Of a stretch of 10,577 nucleotides of DNA, positions 1 through 9,804 are shown piece after piece. Source of the stretch: Fonticula alba ATCC 38817. Taxonomy: Eukaryota; Protista; Nucleariida. A model generated the notes under the pieces. That model was not told where the DNA came from. It did not search any database and worked only from the letters and a program-made list of their open reading frames with translations. Location of the stretch: assembly GCA_000388065.2 (NCBI GenBank), contig KB932235.1; one strand, written 5' to 3'. Each line of letters begins with the position of its first letter. The first letter of the stretch is position 1. A program made the position numbers and the translations under genes.

Positions 1-67
1 CCCCCCCCCCCCCCCCCCGCCCCGCCCCCAGCCGCTTGTCCAATGCTGCACACATGTGCCGGCGCAC

Positions 68-248
68 CATGGCGAACAACGGTCAATGCCGTGTGCTCGG
101 TCGGCCGGTCGACGATCCGGGCACCGAGGGCCCGGAGCCGATCCAGCGCATTGGCCCATGCGCCAACTCCTTCCGATGCGAGGTCAAGGCCTTCATGCTG
201 CGGCAGGGGAACATCCAGCGCGCACACTTCGCACCCGGACAGCGGCAG
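68..248 (-). other. N-terminal part of a BRCT-like domain of LIG4
   Basis: The last exon translates LPLSGCEVCALDV...ANALDRLRALGARIVDRPTEHTALTVVRH, matching the BRCT pattern (l.G..f.v ... l...l...Ga.iv......t.lvv). This frame is absent from the ORF track because it has no start codon. Confidence 0.65.
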
Positions 249-3200
249 GGAACAGCCACTCCCCGGCAGGGAGTCCACCGCAGGGTCCGCCAGTGGCCCT
301 GCACCCTCGACCTCATGCAGAGACCGCCCTCGCAGGATGTCCCCTACCCGGCGGCTATCTTGGGCAAAAGCCAGCATGGGCACTGGCGGACCTTCGGTCG
401 GAGGCCTTCTCGCTGCCGAGGGCGGCCCCTCCAAGCCGTCCCAAGAGCAGGGGACGCGAAATGCCGGCCACCGCGAGGCGCTGTCGAGGCAGGACAGCAG
501 CTCGGCCACGGTCGGCCAATTGGGTGTCCCGCCGCCGGTGCCCGGCAGCCGGGGGCCCGGGGCCACGCGCCACGACACCGGAACCCGAGTCCCTGAGGAG
601 CCTGCCCTCGCCGGGGCCACCAGGGCCAGGATGTCTGGAAAGTCGGACAACATCAGTGCCAGAGCCCATGGCCGAGCAGCAGCCAAGTCCACCGGCGAGC
701 ATGTGCGAACCTGGGAGAGTGGCCACATCGAGGTGCGTCTTGGAGGTCCACCGAATACGAGTCACCAACACCGGCGGCGCGAGGAAAACCCCCGCCGGGA
801 CGCCCACAGACGGCAGGGCCCCATCGAGCGGGCGACCATCCGCCTCGGCGACGCGCCCGGCGCCAGCCGGATCCCGGAGAAGTCCGGCTCCTGGGCTGGA
901 CACCGTCAAGACAAGGGATCTGCTCGGGTTTGGCAAGCGGGTCAATTGCCGCGCCGGCTCCTGGCACCGGGCCTCCCACATGGGGCACATACCTTTCCGG
1001 GGGAATGCGCCAGCTGTGTGCCAGCGGTCCGTCGGTTGCCACATCAGGCCGGGCATCCTGCCCGGCAAGCTCCTGAACATTCGCCGCGAGAAGACGCCTG
1101 AGGACGGGTGTCAGGAAAAGGGAGCCAGCCAAAGGAAGAGGAGAACCCGCCCTCACCCTCGCCCAGTGCCCATGTGCTCGGTCTAAGACCAGCATACGGG
1201 CACTTGAACGTACGCCAGCGCCTCCCGATCGCCGTCCGTCAGGCCGGATTCCCGGTCCGTCACGCGAGCCACCGGCCGGACACTTGGGACACCATGGGGG
1301 AGGGGGGGGGGGCGGAGAGGAAGTCAGCAACCCAAGGCCGGGGTACCATGCACATGGCGCGCACATGCCCAATGCACAGCACGCAACGCACCGGCCGAGG
1401 GTGTCCCGGCAGCCAAGGTCAAACCACCCCAACAAAGGGGATCCCGATGCATCGGTGCCCCAGGGACCCCCACCAACCACCACAAGATCCACATCCTGGG
1501 CTGTCCACTCGATCGGCGGGGCGGCCAGCCGCACCGGGGCCAATGTGTCGACGGGCGCCGACGGCTCCTCCCGCGGGCGCTTCATGTCGCGACTCGATCG
1601 CGGCAGGATGGCGGAAGCCGGCCTCTTGGAAGAGGCGTCGCCCGATGTGGCCGACAACTCTCCCACCGAAGGCCCCTCGAGCAGCAGGTACTCCGGGCGG
1701 ATCTTCATCCAAGACCCGATGGACCGGCAGTTCGGCTCATACATCGAGTGTCCTGGTTTCAAGACGATGCCCTCATCGCTGGTTCATGAGCAGCCATGGC
1801 ATTCCGGGCATCAGGCAAATGGCGGACACATGGCATCGCCGCGAGGAGGAGAGGGGAATCGAAAAAAGCGTACCCCTCGGCCACGGCGCGATTCACACAC
1901 CGGGCGATGGCCTGCTCCACGGCCGGAAGTCCACCTGGCAGCGGCAGTACAAGGGTGTTCTGACGGTCGTCCGGCAACTCCAGCATCACTCGCCCGGGCA
2001 CCGGCGCAAGCACCCGTCGCAGATGTTCCCTTTCAGTGGCGGGGGTTAGAAAGGGGCATGGTCCAGCCGGAGTCGCGCGAATGTGGAGGCTTGTGCGCAC
2101 TTCCGCCGGTCAAGCGGCACCGATGCCATGGACCGACCATCCAAGTAGACGACATCGAAGACCACCATGCATGAGTGCGCATGCCCGGCGACTGACCGAT
2201 TGATTAGGCCCAGCATGGGGAGGGGGCGGGGGTCAACCAGAGGGAGCGGATGCCTTGCGTACCGCCAGACGACGCCGGTCGCACAAAGGAGAATGGCAAG
2301 ATCCGCCGGGCCACGGGACACCAAGCAATCAGTTCCCCATCGAGGATCACCTGCCGACCGAGGCGGCGAATGTCAGGAACCCAGGAGACAAGGCCCGCGC
2401 GCTGGCAGGACGAAAGCCGGTGGCATGCAGCCGGAAGGCACGCACATCGGTCACCGACCCGGCCAATGCGGCCGTCAAATGGTCGGCCAGCACCCTTCCG
2501 GCCAGGCGTGCTGTCCAGTCGACCCCGCGCCGGGACCAAAACCGCCAGCCGGCGCCGAGGCCCGAGCCCGTGCCCGGACGGGCAAAGTGCGCCTGGAGGC
2601 GCTCGCCGTCATACTTCCGCTCGACCAGCAGGCGGCCTTTCATGGACAGGAGAGCAGCGCGGAAGGATGCACCGGAGGCCGGCCGAGCTGACAGGTGGGG
2701 CCGGAAATACTGAAAGAGGGCCACCTCATCCGAAGGAACGGAGCGGGCACCGCGATAGAGATCGCCCGATGCCCTCGCATCGTCGGGCAGCCCGGCGACT
2801 TCCCGACCAAGGGCATCCACCAAGGCCAGGGCGAAGCCCGCTGCCTGGGGCACGTCTGTCAAGAGTGCACACTCAAGGGGGTTATTTGCTCATTCACGGG
2901 TGGGCATATGTGGGCGAGAGGGGGAGGGGGAGCCGGATGGAACACAGACGAGGGCGACCAGTCGCGTCGTTTGAGAGGGCCGATCTTTCCAGCCGGGCCA
3001 GAGGACGCACCACCCGCGAGCATCCGACCGAACCAAGTCACAGTTGTGTCATCCTCCGGGGGAATCGCCGCGCTTATAGCACGGAGCCGATCCAGGAGTA
3101 GCCGATACTCCGGGCTGGTGGAACGTGGACGGCCAAAGGGCATGTCAGACCCAGGCAGCAGGCCGCCTCAAGGAGGGGAAAGCACCCGCGGCAAGGGAAC

Positions 3201-3810
3201 GCACTCGGCACTGGCCTGGAGGAGTGTGGTGCAGCGCCCGCACACCCGGGTCAATCGGCCGAGAGCCTCGGCTGCTGCGTCGGCCAGTGACGGGAGCTCA
3301 TGGGCATGGTGAGGCTCGGCCTGGCGGAGAAAGGCCCGAGAGGCATGCTGACGAACGGGGTGCGGCCCTGTCGCCGGGTGGGTGGCCGCATGGCCGCGAT
3401 TGCCCAGCACCTGGGGGCATGGCTCCCCCGCCAAACAGACACCGGAGCAGGTTGCACGCGTGAGAAGGGGAAGGGGGACAGAGAGCAGGCCAGGGCGAGG
3501 AAGGAAGCAGGAAAGGGAAAGCACCCGGGCCAAGGGCCAACGCAAACACGCACGCCGCCGGTCATGAGGGTGAGGGTCAGGGAGAGGACATCCTGGTCCT
3601 GCTGCTCCTGCGGGGCGAGCAGACGTGGCCGTCAGCGGGGGAACCAGTCAATCGGGCACCGCAACCAGAGACAAACCTCGGTGCCTCAATGCACACTTCA
3701 CGCACACGAAGAAAGGAATGAAGAAGGCGACGCCGAGCGTGCCGCCATCTGGAGGCCCGCTCCAGCCAGCGACACACAGCCCCCAGCTGGCCAGACGCCT
3801 CAGTGTGCAT
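68..3810 (-). CDS. LIG4: DNA ligase IV (ATP-dependent NHEJ ligase), divergent; 3'-partial, continues past the left edge
   Basis: Frame-consistent exons (minus): 3810-3706, 3607-3554, 3410-3205, 3114-3011, 2855-2446, 2350-2263, 2191-2101, 2029-1874, 1778-1392, 1282-1214, 1097-993, 919-711, 634-68 (850 codons plus 1 nt). Nucleotidyltransferase motifs occur in order: I ERKYDGERLQAH (adenylated Lys at 2614-2616), Ia FWSRRG, III VILDGELIAW, IIIa CMVVFDVVYLDG, IV DEGIVLK, V WMKIRPEY. The (K/R)PEY ending resembles LIG4 rather than the KKDY of LIG1/LIG3. An OB-fold follows (DLVVVGG.WG, WRIPPERSLVLTV, VTRIRW), then a BRCT-like segment. ATG is in GCCATG context. The exon 3 acceptor and the true N-terminus are less certain. 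Confidence 0.9.
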
Positions 3811-4438
3811 GGCCGAAGAGGCGAAAGGGGGAGGGAGGGGGGGGAGGGGATCAGGCGGCGCCGGCAGGGGGAAAGGGGGCGTCCGGGCACGTGTCAGGCC
3901 GAGTGGGGGAGCAAGCCGAGCGAAGCTACTGAGGAGTACCGAGGAGCGTCGTGTCAAACAGGCCCATGCCGTCGGAGGCGAGGCCCTCCTCTTGGAGCGA
4001 TCGGGTCTACTCCTCCCCCCGAACCAGCCGGCCCCGGAAGGTGGGCCGACGGCAATTTTTTTCCTGCAACGCAGGGCGTCCTCGCCCGGAGCTTCTGGTC
4101 GATCACCAGCCAACGCAAGGGGCCGATCGCTTCTCCGGAGCGCGCGATCTCAAGCCGCGCCAGATTGCCAACGGACGTCCGTCCCCGTCCAGCGGCCGCC
4201 ACCCGAAGAGTGGCTGGCTGACCGAATGAGCTGGAGCAAGGAAAAAGAGACACTGTGTTGGGGCGCCCCCAGGCCAATCAGACATCTGCACCATCTTTCC
4301 TCCTCCCCCCACCGCCCTTGCCCTTGTGTCATCCTGCCCCCTCGTACGTGCGCGTCCTCCCCCCTCCCCCCCTCCCCTCCTCCCGTCCATCCTCCTGCTA
4401 CTCCTTTCAAAGGGATACCAGGTGCCCGCTCCCTCGCC
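3811..4438. promoter_or_regulatory. Divergent (head-to-head) intergenic region, likely shared promoter and 5' UTRs of LIG4 and membrin
   Basis: 628 bp lie between two outward-facing ATGs, both in GCCATG context and both preceded by pyrimidine-rich tracts on their sense strand. A CCAAT lies near 4274. No specific elements are established. Confidence 0.5.
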
Positions 4439-5882
4439 ATGGACCCGACGGAGTCCATGTTCAATAGCGCCCTCTCACTGGCCACCACGACCGGGGGGAT
4501 GCTCGACAGCATCGAAGGCCAGCTTAATTCCGGTTCGTGACCTCCCGCCCGGGAGGCGTCCGCTGCTCCCCTGCCATCCATCCTCGCTGGTCCCCCTCTG
4601 ACCCGCGTCACACCCAGGCGGGCCCGGCCTGCTAGACGGTTCGCTTGATCGATCGCTGGCGCGCGTGTCGCAGCAGTTGAGCGAGCTCCGGTCCATGCAC
4701 TACAATCTTCGCGACGCCGCCAAGCGGGAGATTCTCTCCGAACGGCGCGACCGCGCACAAAGGTGCGCCCCACCCCTCAAGCTGGGCCTTTGGCTTCATG
4801 TCATACGAGGCGCCTCCCCCCCCCCCACCTCCGTCTCGGATCTCTCCCGTGTCTGATCGCCTCTCTTCGTCTCCTCACCGGCGGGGGAAATGCCTGGCAG
4901 CCGCGCGCATTCCCTCAATGAGCAGCATACCGGTCTCCAGCGGCGCCTCGAAAAAGCGCAGCATGCCCTCGCACAGGTTCGCTCCCATCCTCCCCCCCCC
5001 CCCCCCTCTTCCCCCATGTGCCTGGGCACTTCTTCCCGGCCGTGACTCCCGGGAAGGCGCGTCACTGACATTGGCCACGCTGTTTCCCTCGCCATGCACC
5101 CAGACACCGGGCTCGCAGGCGTCACACTCTTCCAGTGCGACCATGCCCCTGGCTTCCACCGAGGACGCCACTGCCCTGCGGCAACGCCCGGCCCCCTCGT
5201 TGTTTGACAATCGCGCCAGCCAGTCGGCCCCTCAGAGCCTCTTCCCCCCTGCGGGCGGCTACCCGGGGGCCGGCCTGCCCAGTGGCCCAGGGTCCGGCTT
5301 CGCCCGGACGGGAGCCACCTCAAGCGGCGTACGTGGCTCTTCCTCCTCCTCCCCCTTCCTCCTCCCGCCGGCGCCCTGCACATGTGTCGCCATCCGTTCT
5401 TTCAACTGATCCCCACCTCGCCTCCCCCCTCTCCCACTTCAGTCACTCCTACCAACAAGCTTTGTGCCGCAGGATTTCGTCGATCGGACAGCTTCGCAAC
5501 TCGACGATTACATCGGTGCCGGGATGAACGCCCTGCGCAGTCTGTCGGACCAGCGGCAGCGCCTTGAGGTAATGCTCGCGCGACTCCTGGCATGATCCAC
5601 CCACCTTGGTCCTCCCCCTGCCTGACTCTCCACTGACCATGCCCCGCTCCTNNNNNNNNNNCCCCCCCCCCCCCCCCCCCCCCCCGCCCTGGGCGGCCTC
5701 CCCGCCGTGCGCACGCACAGGCGTCCCAAAATAAGCTGTTCACCACTTTGACGTCCATCGCTTCCGGGTCCGGGCTCATGCGAAACATCGAGTCGCAGAC
5801 AATCCGCTCGACGTGGATCATCCGCGGGGCGATCCTCCTGTCGATGACCATCGTCATCTCCGTGTGGTGGTTCTTCAAGTAG
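4439..5882 (+). CDS. GOSR2: Membrin / GS27 / Bos1-type Golgi Qb-SNARE, 265 aa
   Basis: Exons 4439-4532, 4618-4762, 4901-4976, 5104-5328, 5473-5568, 5721-5882 (798 nt, ends TAG). An N-terminal three-helix region (MDPTESMFNSALSL..., LARVSQQLSELRSMH..., RAHSLNEQHTGLQRRLEKAQ) precedes a SNARE motif QLDDYIGAGMNALRSLSDQRQRLEASQNKLFTTL...LMRNIE with zero-layer Q. This resembles membrin MDDLI..G..IL..LR.QR.TLKG.QKK.LD. A C-terminal tail anchor follows: WIIRGAILLSMTIVISVWWFFK*. Confidence 0.88.
5652..5661. other. Assembly gap (10 N) next to a C24 run in membrin intron 5
   Basis: Ns at 5652-5661 are followed by poly-C at 5662-5685. The flanking exons join in frame inside the SNARE motif (RLE|ASQ), so no coding sequence seems to be lost. 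Confidence 0.95.
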
Positions 5883-6041
5883 ACGCCCCGCTCCCCCCTC
5901 TTTCCTTGTGCTTTTCCCTTCCCCCTTCCTTTCCCTGGCGCGAGCGTCGGTCGGATCCCAGTTCTGCCCCCCGACCTCTTCCCCCTTGTCTCGTGTACAC
6001 TCCCCGAATAGGTCCCTCCTTCCCTCCTCCTCCCCCATCTT

Positions 6042-6061
6042 TCTCTCTCTCTCTCTCTCTC
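6042..6061. repeat. (CT)n microsatellite between convergent genes
   Basis: About 10 TC units in the 362-bp gap between the membrin and SOD-like stop codons. Confidence 0.9.
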
Positions 6062-6244
6062 CCGACCGGCGCTGGGGCTCGAGTTTTTCCTGCCTTCGAG
6101 GAGGCCCCAACTCGCGGGCGACCATTGGCTCGAAGAACAAGCAAGGGTCAATTGTTCGGGGAGGCCCTGATTGTGGGGGCCGACGAGTGCACGGTCGATT
6201 GCATGCAGGGCACCAGTGTGTGAGGAACAGAAAAAAAAAGTCAA

Positions 6245-7517
6245 CTAGGCCCAAATCAGGAGAGCGGTTGCCGTGGCCATGGCGAGCCGCATGGCCGCGA
6301 GGAGGGTAACACCGGCCGGCAGCCACCCTGATGCTCCGTTGGGCCGCCTTTCCGGGAGAGCTTGGTCCTGGTCCGAGGCGTTGGTATCGCGTGGCTTGGT
6401 GCCCAATTTGGGGCCCCCTTCAGGCATGGGCCGGCCCGGGGGGTCGGTGCCCCGGTCGAGGTCGGTCTCCTCATAGGTGATATTGCCATCCTCATCCTGT
6501 TCCCCGATCGGCACCGGCTCCGGCCAGTCTGTGTCGAGGTGGGAGGGAGGCGAGGGGGGGGGGGGACGGGAATGTGCGTGTGAGACTTCTCCCCCCGGTA
6601 AAGTTGTCCTGACCCCACCCGAGCCGCCTGTCTCGGCCCCGTGGCCGGGGCAGCGGAGGAGGGCAATGGTCCCAGGCGCCGGACGCCGGACGCCGGACGC
6701 CGGACGCCGGACGTCGGCAGCCGCTTTGACACACGTACATGGGTTCCGGACGCCGATGACCCCCAGGTGGACGACCATCTCATGGTCTCGCATCGGTTGG
6801 TAGGGCCGCGGGCAGGGCACGATGACCGGGGGCTTGCGCTTGGGCAGGGCCCACTCCCACCGGGCATAGGGCGACTTCGGGGGGATGACCTGGCTTGGAT
6901 GGGTCTCATCTGCCTCGGCCAGGTTGATCCACGGGTCGGAGTAGCGATAGACCGTGGCCTCGCTGCCGGCTGGCCCGGCAGCGCCCTCATCCTCGGCCCC
7001 CTGGTAATCGTAGTCTTCGGCCTGCGACCGGTCCAGCAGGGGGTTCTCCCCTTCGTGGCTGTCGGAATGGGCGTCGGCCTGGGCCCAGCGCCGGGCCCGC
7101 TTGCCGGGGCCGCTGCCGGCAGGCCGCGTGCCAATCGCCCCGTAGTCGTAGCCGTCCTCCTCGCTGTCCTCCTCGTCGTCCTCAGGGAAATAGTACTCCT
7201 CATCGTAGTAATACTCCTCGTCGAAGTAGTAGTACCAATCCGGCGACAGGGGCTTCAAAGTCAAGCGCAGGCCGTATGCCCGCCCGAGGATCGACCGGTC
7301 GCCTCGGTCAAAAATGCTGGCCCAGGCCCATAACCAAGGGTCAGCGGGGGGCCGAAGGCCGGAGCCGGGCAAGGCGGGGCGTCAAAAGAAGTGTGTTCGT
7401 AGAACGCACGTAAGCCCACCGATGCCCGTCGTCTCCGGAGCACCAAGGGTCGTCGGGAGTGTGAGGTTGGCAGTGATGGTTCCCGTGGCAGATGACACCA
7501 TTCGTCCCTGTGTGTGT

Positions 7518-7563
<46 letters not shown>

Positions 7564-8139
7564 ATAGGGGGGGGGCGGGAAGGTGGGGGATGGCCGTAAA
7601 AAGAATGTCAGATGCTGGTTGTGGGTGCTGTCATGGTCGGCCGCCAGCCCACATGAATGTCCTGCCCCTGGGGACCTCTCTCCCCTCCCCCCGCCAGCCT
7701 GTGGGCATTGGTTCTTCCACATGCGCACCAAATCGCCAGGCTTTCGGATGAATGGGCCTACAAAGCGACAAATCTGCATCTCACGCTCTTCGTCGTCGTC
7801 CTCGCGATCTTCTTGATCCTCGCGATCTTCCCGGTCCTCGCGGTTCTCCTGGCGCCGTTGTCGGACCCCCGCAGCAGGGGCATGGATGGCCTCCCCCTCC
7901 TCGAAGGGAAAGGTGGTTGGCGACACCGGGGCATTCGGCAACAGCGAGGTCGACTCGCCGGAGTGAGACGACACCCCGGTGGGCTTGCGGGCCAGGGTCC
8001 CCTCCAAGGAAGCCGGCAGGAAGATGTCCCCGGCGAAGATGGCCCCGCCGCTGTAGATGTCGCCAAAGGTATGCACCGAGGCAGCGTACAGGTTCTTGGG
8101 CCGGAGGTTCCGGTGGTGCATGCGCACGCGAAGGAACTG

Positions 8140-8173
<34 letters not shown>

Positions 8174-9773
8174 TGCGCCCATCCAGACAGGCAGTCAGTC
8201 AGGCAGTCGAGCAGTCGCTGATCCACGCCCAGCCAGGCATCCCTGCATCCCTGCACCCAGCCATCCATCCAGAACCAGATGACCCGACTCCTTGGTCAGC
8301 TCAGCCCAGCCGGCGGCCAAGCTGGCAGGGCCCCGGCACGCCCGCGCACCTCCTCCCGGGCAGAGCCCTCGGGCGACACCTCGCTGCCGGGCAGTATGTC
8401 AAAGTAGGCGATGCCATTCGGGCTGGGCTCCTTGTCCAGGAAGAAACTTGGCCAGCGCTTTTCGTACTTGGGAGCGGGTTCGGTCCGGGGCTTCATGGAT
8501 TCGACCATGTGCGCGATCTTGGCGGTGTCCCACGACGTGACGGCCACCGCGTGCTGGACCTTGAATGGTGCTGTGGCAGGGGGCAGGCGTTGAGTGCATG
8601 TTAGCAGCCATCCTCGGTACCCTGCCGCCAGGCGGGTCCGGTGCCCGCGGGCAAGCGCTTGCGCAAGCTCCGAGGCCCGGGCCCGGGGGGCAAGGAGGGC
8701 GAGATAAAAGGGACGCGAAAAAAAGGAAAGCACGCACGCGGGTCTGCCACTTCCACCGTCCCGGGAACCGAATGGACGGTCGGGCTGTTCTCCAGGCCGA
8801 TGACCCCGGCCAGGGCAATGCGGCCGGGATGCGCGCGAGCCGGGCCGCGCTGGGGGACCCGCAGCCGCCCGGCATACGTGCGTGCTGCCTCTCGGGATGA
8901 CCTTGCCTCCTGCACGGTCATCTCCTCGAAGAAGGCCCGCTCCACCTCGGGGTCCGAGTAAGCCGGCGACTGGAGCTCCGCATATTCGGGCCAGCCGGCG
9001 GCAAGGGCGTCGGAGCCGTCGTCGTACGACGAGTCGGCCGCCGGGCCGAGCGGGTCATTCTCACGCCCCTGGCGTTCCCACCGGTCGCGGCCCAGCTGTG
9101 TCATGAAGTTCGGCCGGGTCGGGCAGTCGACCCGGCGGTCGTAAAGGACCACGCTCCGGCCGATGATGTAATTCGGGCTATTCGGGTCCAGACTACGAGA
9201 GGCCGGCGAGGCAGCATGGGCGACTTGTTGCGTTAGCGACTCAGTGTGCGGGTTTTTTTTTGACGAGATTCAAGCCTCCCCTCGGTCCTCGGACCGGGCC
9301 TCGCTCGCTCGCTCGCTCGATCAGGGCCTCGGGCGTGTACCTGGCTGTCCGGCTCTTGAGGACGGTCTTGGCTCGACCGGTGGAGTCAATGGTGATGTGG
9401 CCCTGAGGCGGCATGGGGCATGGAGACACAGCTGGCAAGTTAGATTCACCGAGTCCTTCGCCGCTCGATGGGGATGGCCCGGCAACCGACGCACAAAGTC
9501 CCCGACATGCTCCTCGAGTGTGCCATTGCACATGGCCAGCTCATTTTCCATGTTGTCTGGTCCCTGCAGCGGGATGGTCCGGAAGAAGGGCCCGACCGAC
9601 CGCGCGCGCGGGTTGGCCACATTCTCATCCCCGGTGAAGACCCCGCGCAGGTCGCCGTAGGTGTGCAGGTGCAGCGATAGCTCGGTCCCTGGCGAGGCGT
9701 CAGGGGACAGCAGCCGGGCGTGTGGGTGTCAGCGCCGAGCAGGCTGCCAATGCTCGTGGGAAACAGTGCGGCG

Positions 9774-9804
<31 letters not shown>

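Larger units (their letters stand above)
6752..8553 (-). other. SOD-like domain 2
   Basis: Runs from HAVAV to GVIG. Retains only the His48 and Asp83 equivalents (manual alignment). Confidence 0.7.

Noticed and set aside
43-1186. Long plus-strand ORFs (352 aa, 376 aa, 186 aa)
   Set aside because: They are antisense shadows of LIG4 exons in GC-rich, stop-poor DNA, with Arg/Pro/Gly-rich translations and no motifs.
3811-4113. In-frame upstream extension of LIG4 to ATG 4113
   Set aside because: The extension is low-complexity and Pro-rich with no ligase similarity; ATG 3810 has good context and aligns with the LIG4 N-terminus. It is not fully excluded.
4875-5210. Minus-strand 111-aa ORF that looked like a gene nested in membrin
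   Set aside because: It is antisense to membrin exons 3-4, which explain the region in frame; it has no recognisable domain.
6674-6715. Tandem heptamer as a CRISPR-like or mobile-element signature
   Set aside because: There are no spacers, terminal repeats or transposase; it is a simple intronic repeat.
7657-8604. Plus-strand 315-aa ORF with a hydrophobic stretch (LTLFVVVLAIFLILAIFPVLAVLL) and QPAS repeats
   Set aside because: The hydrophobic stretch is the reverse complement of the RED acidic repeat, and QPAS comes from the intronic AGCC microsatellite.
8651-8668. Two overlapping 12-bp perfect palindromes (GCAAGCGCTTGC, GCTTGCGCAAGC) in an intron
   Set aside because: They are short, isolated, plausible by chance in GC-rich DNA, and have no supporting context.
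8850-8877. Possible intron starting GTATGC at 8877
   Set aside because: The nearest acceptor gives only 28 nt (other introns are 71 nt or more), and the frame reads through to the GVIG strand.
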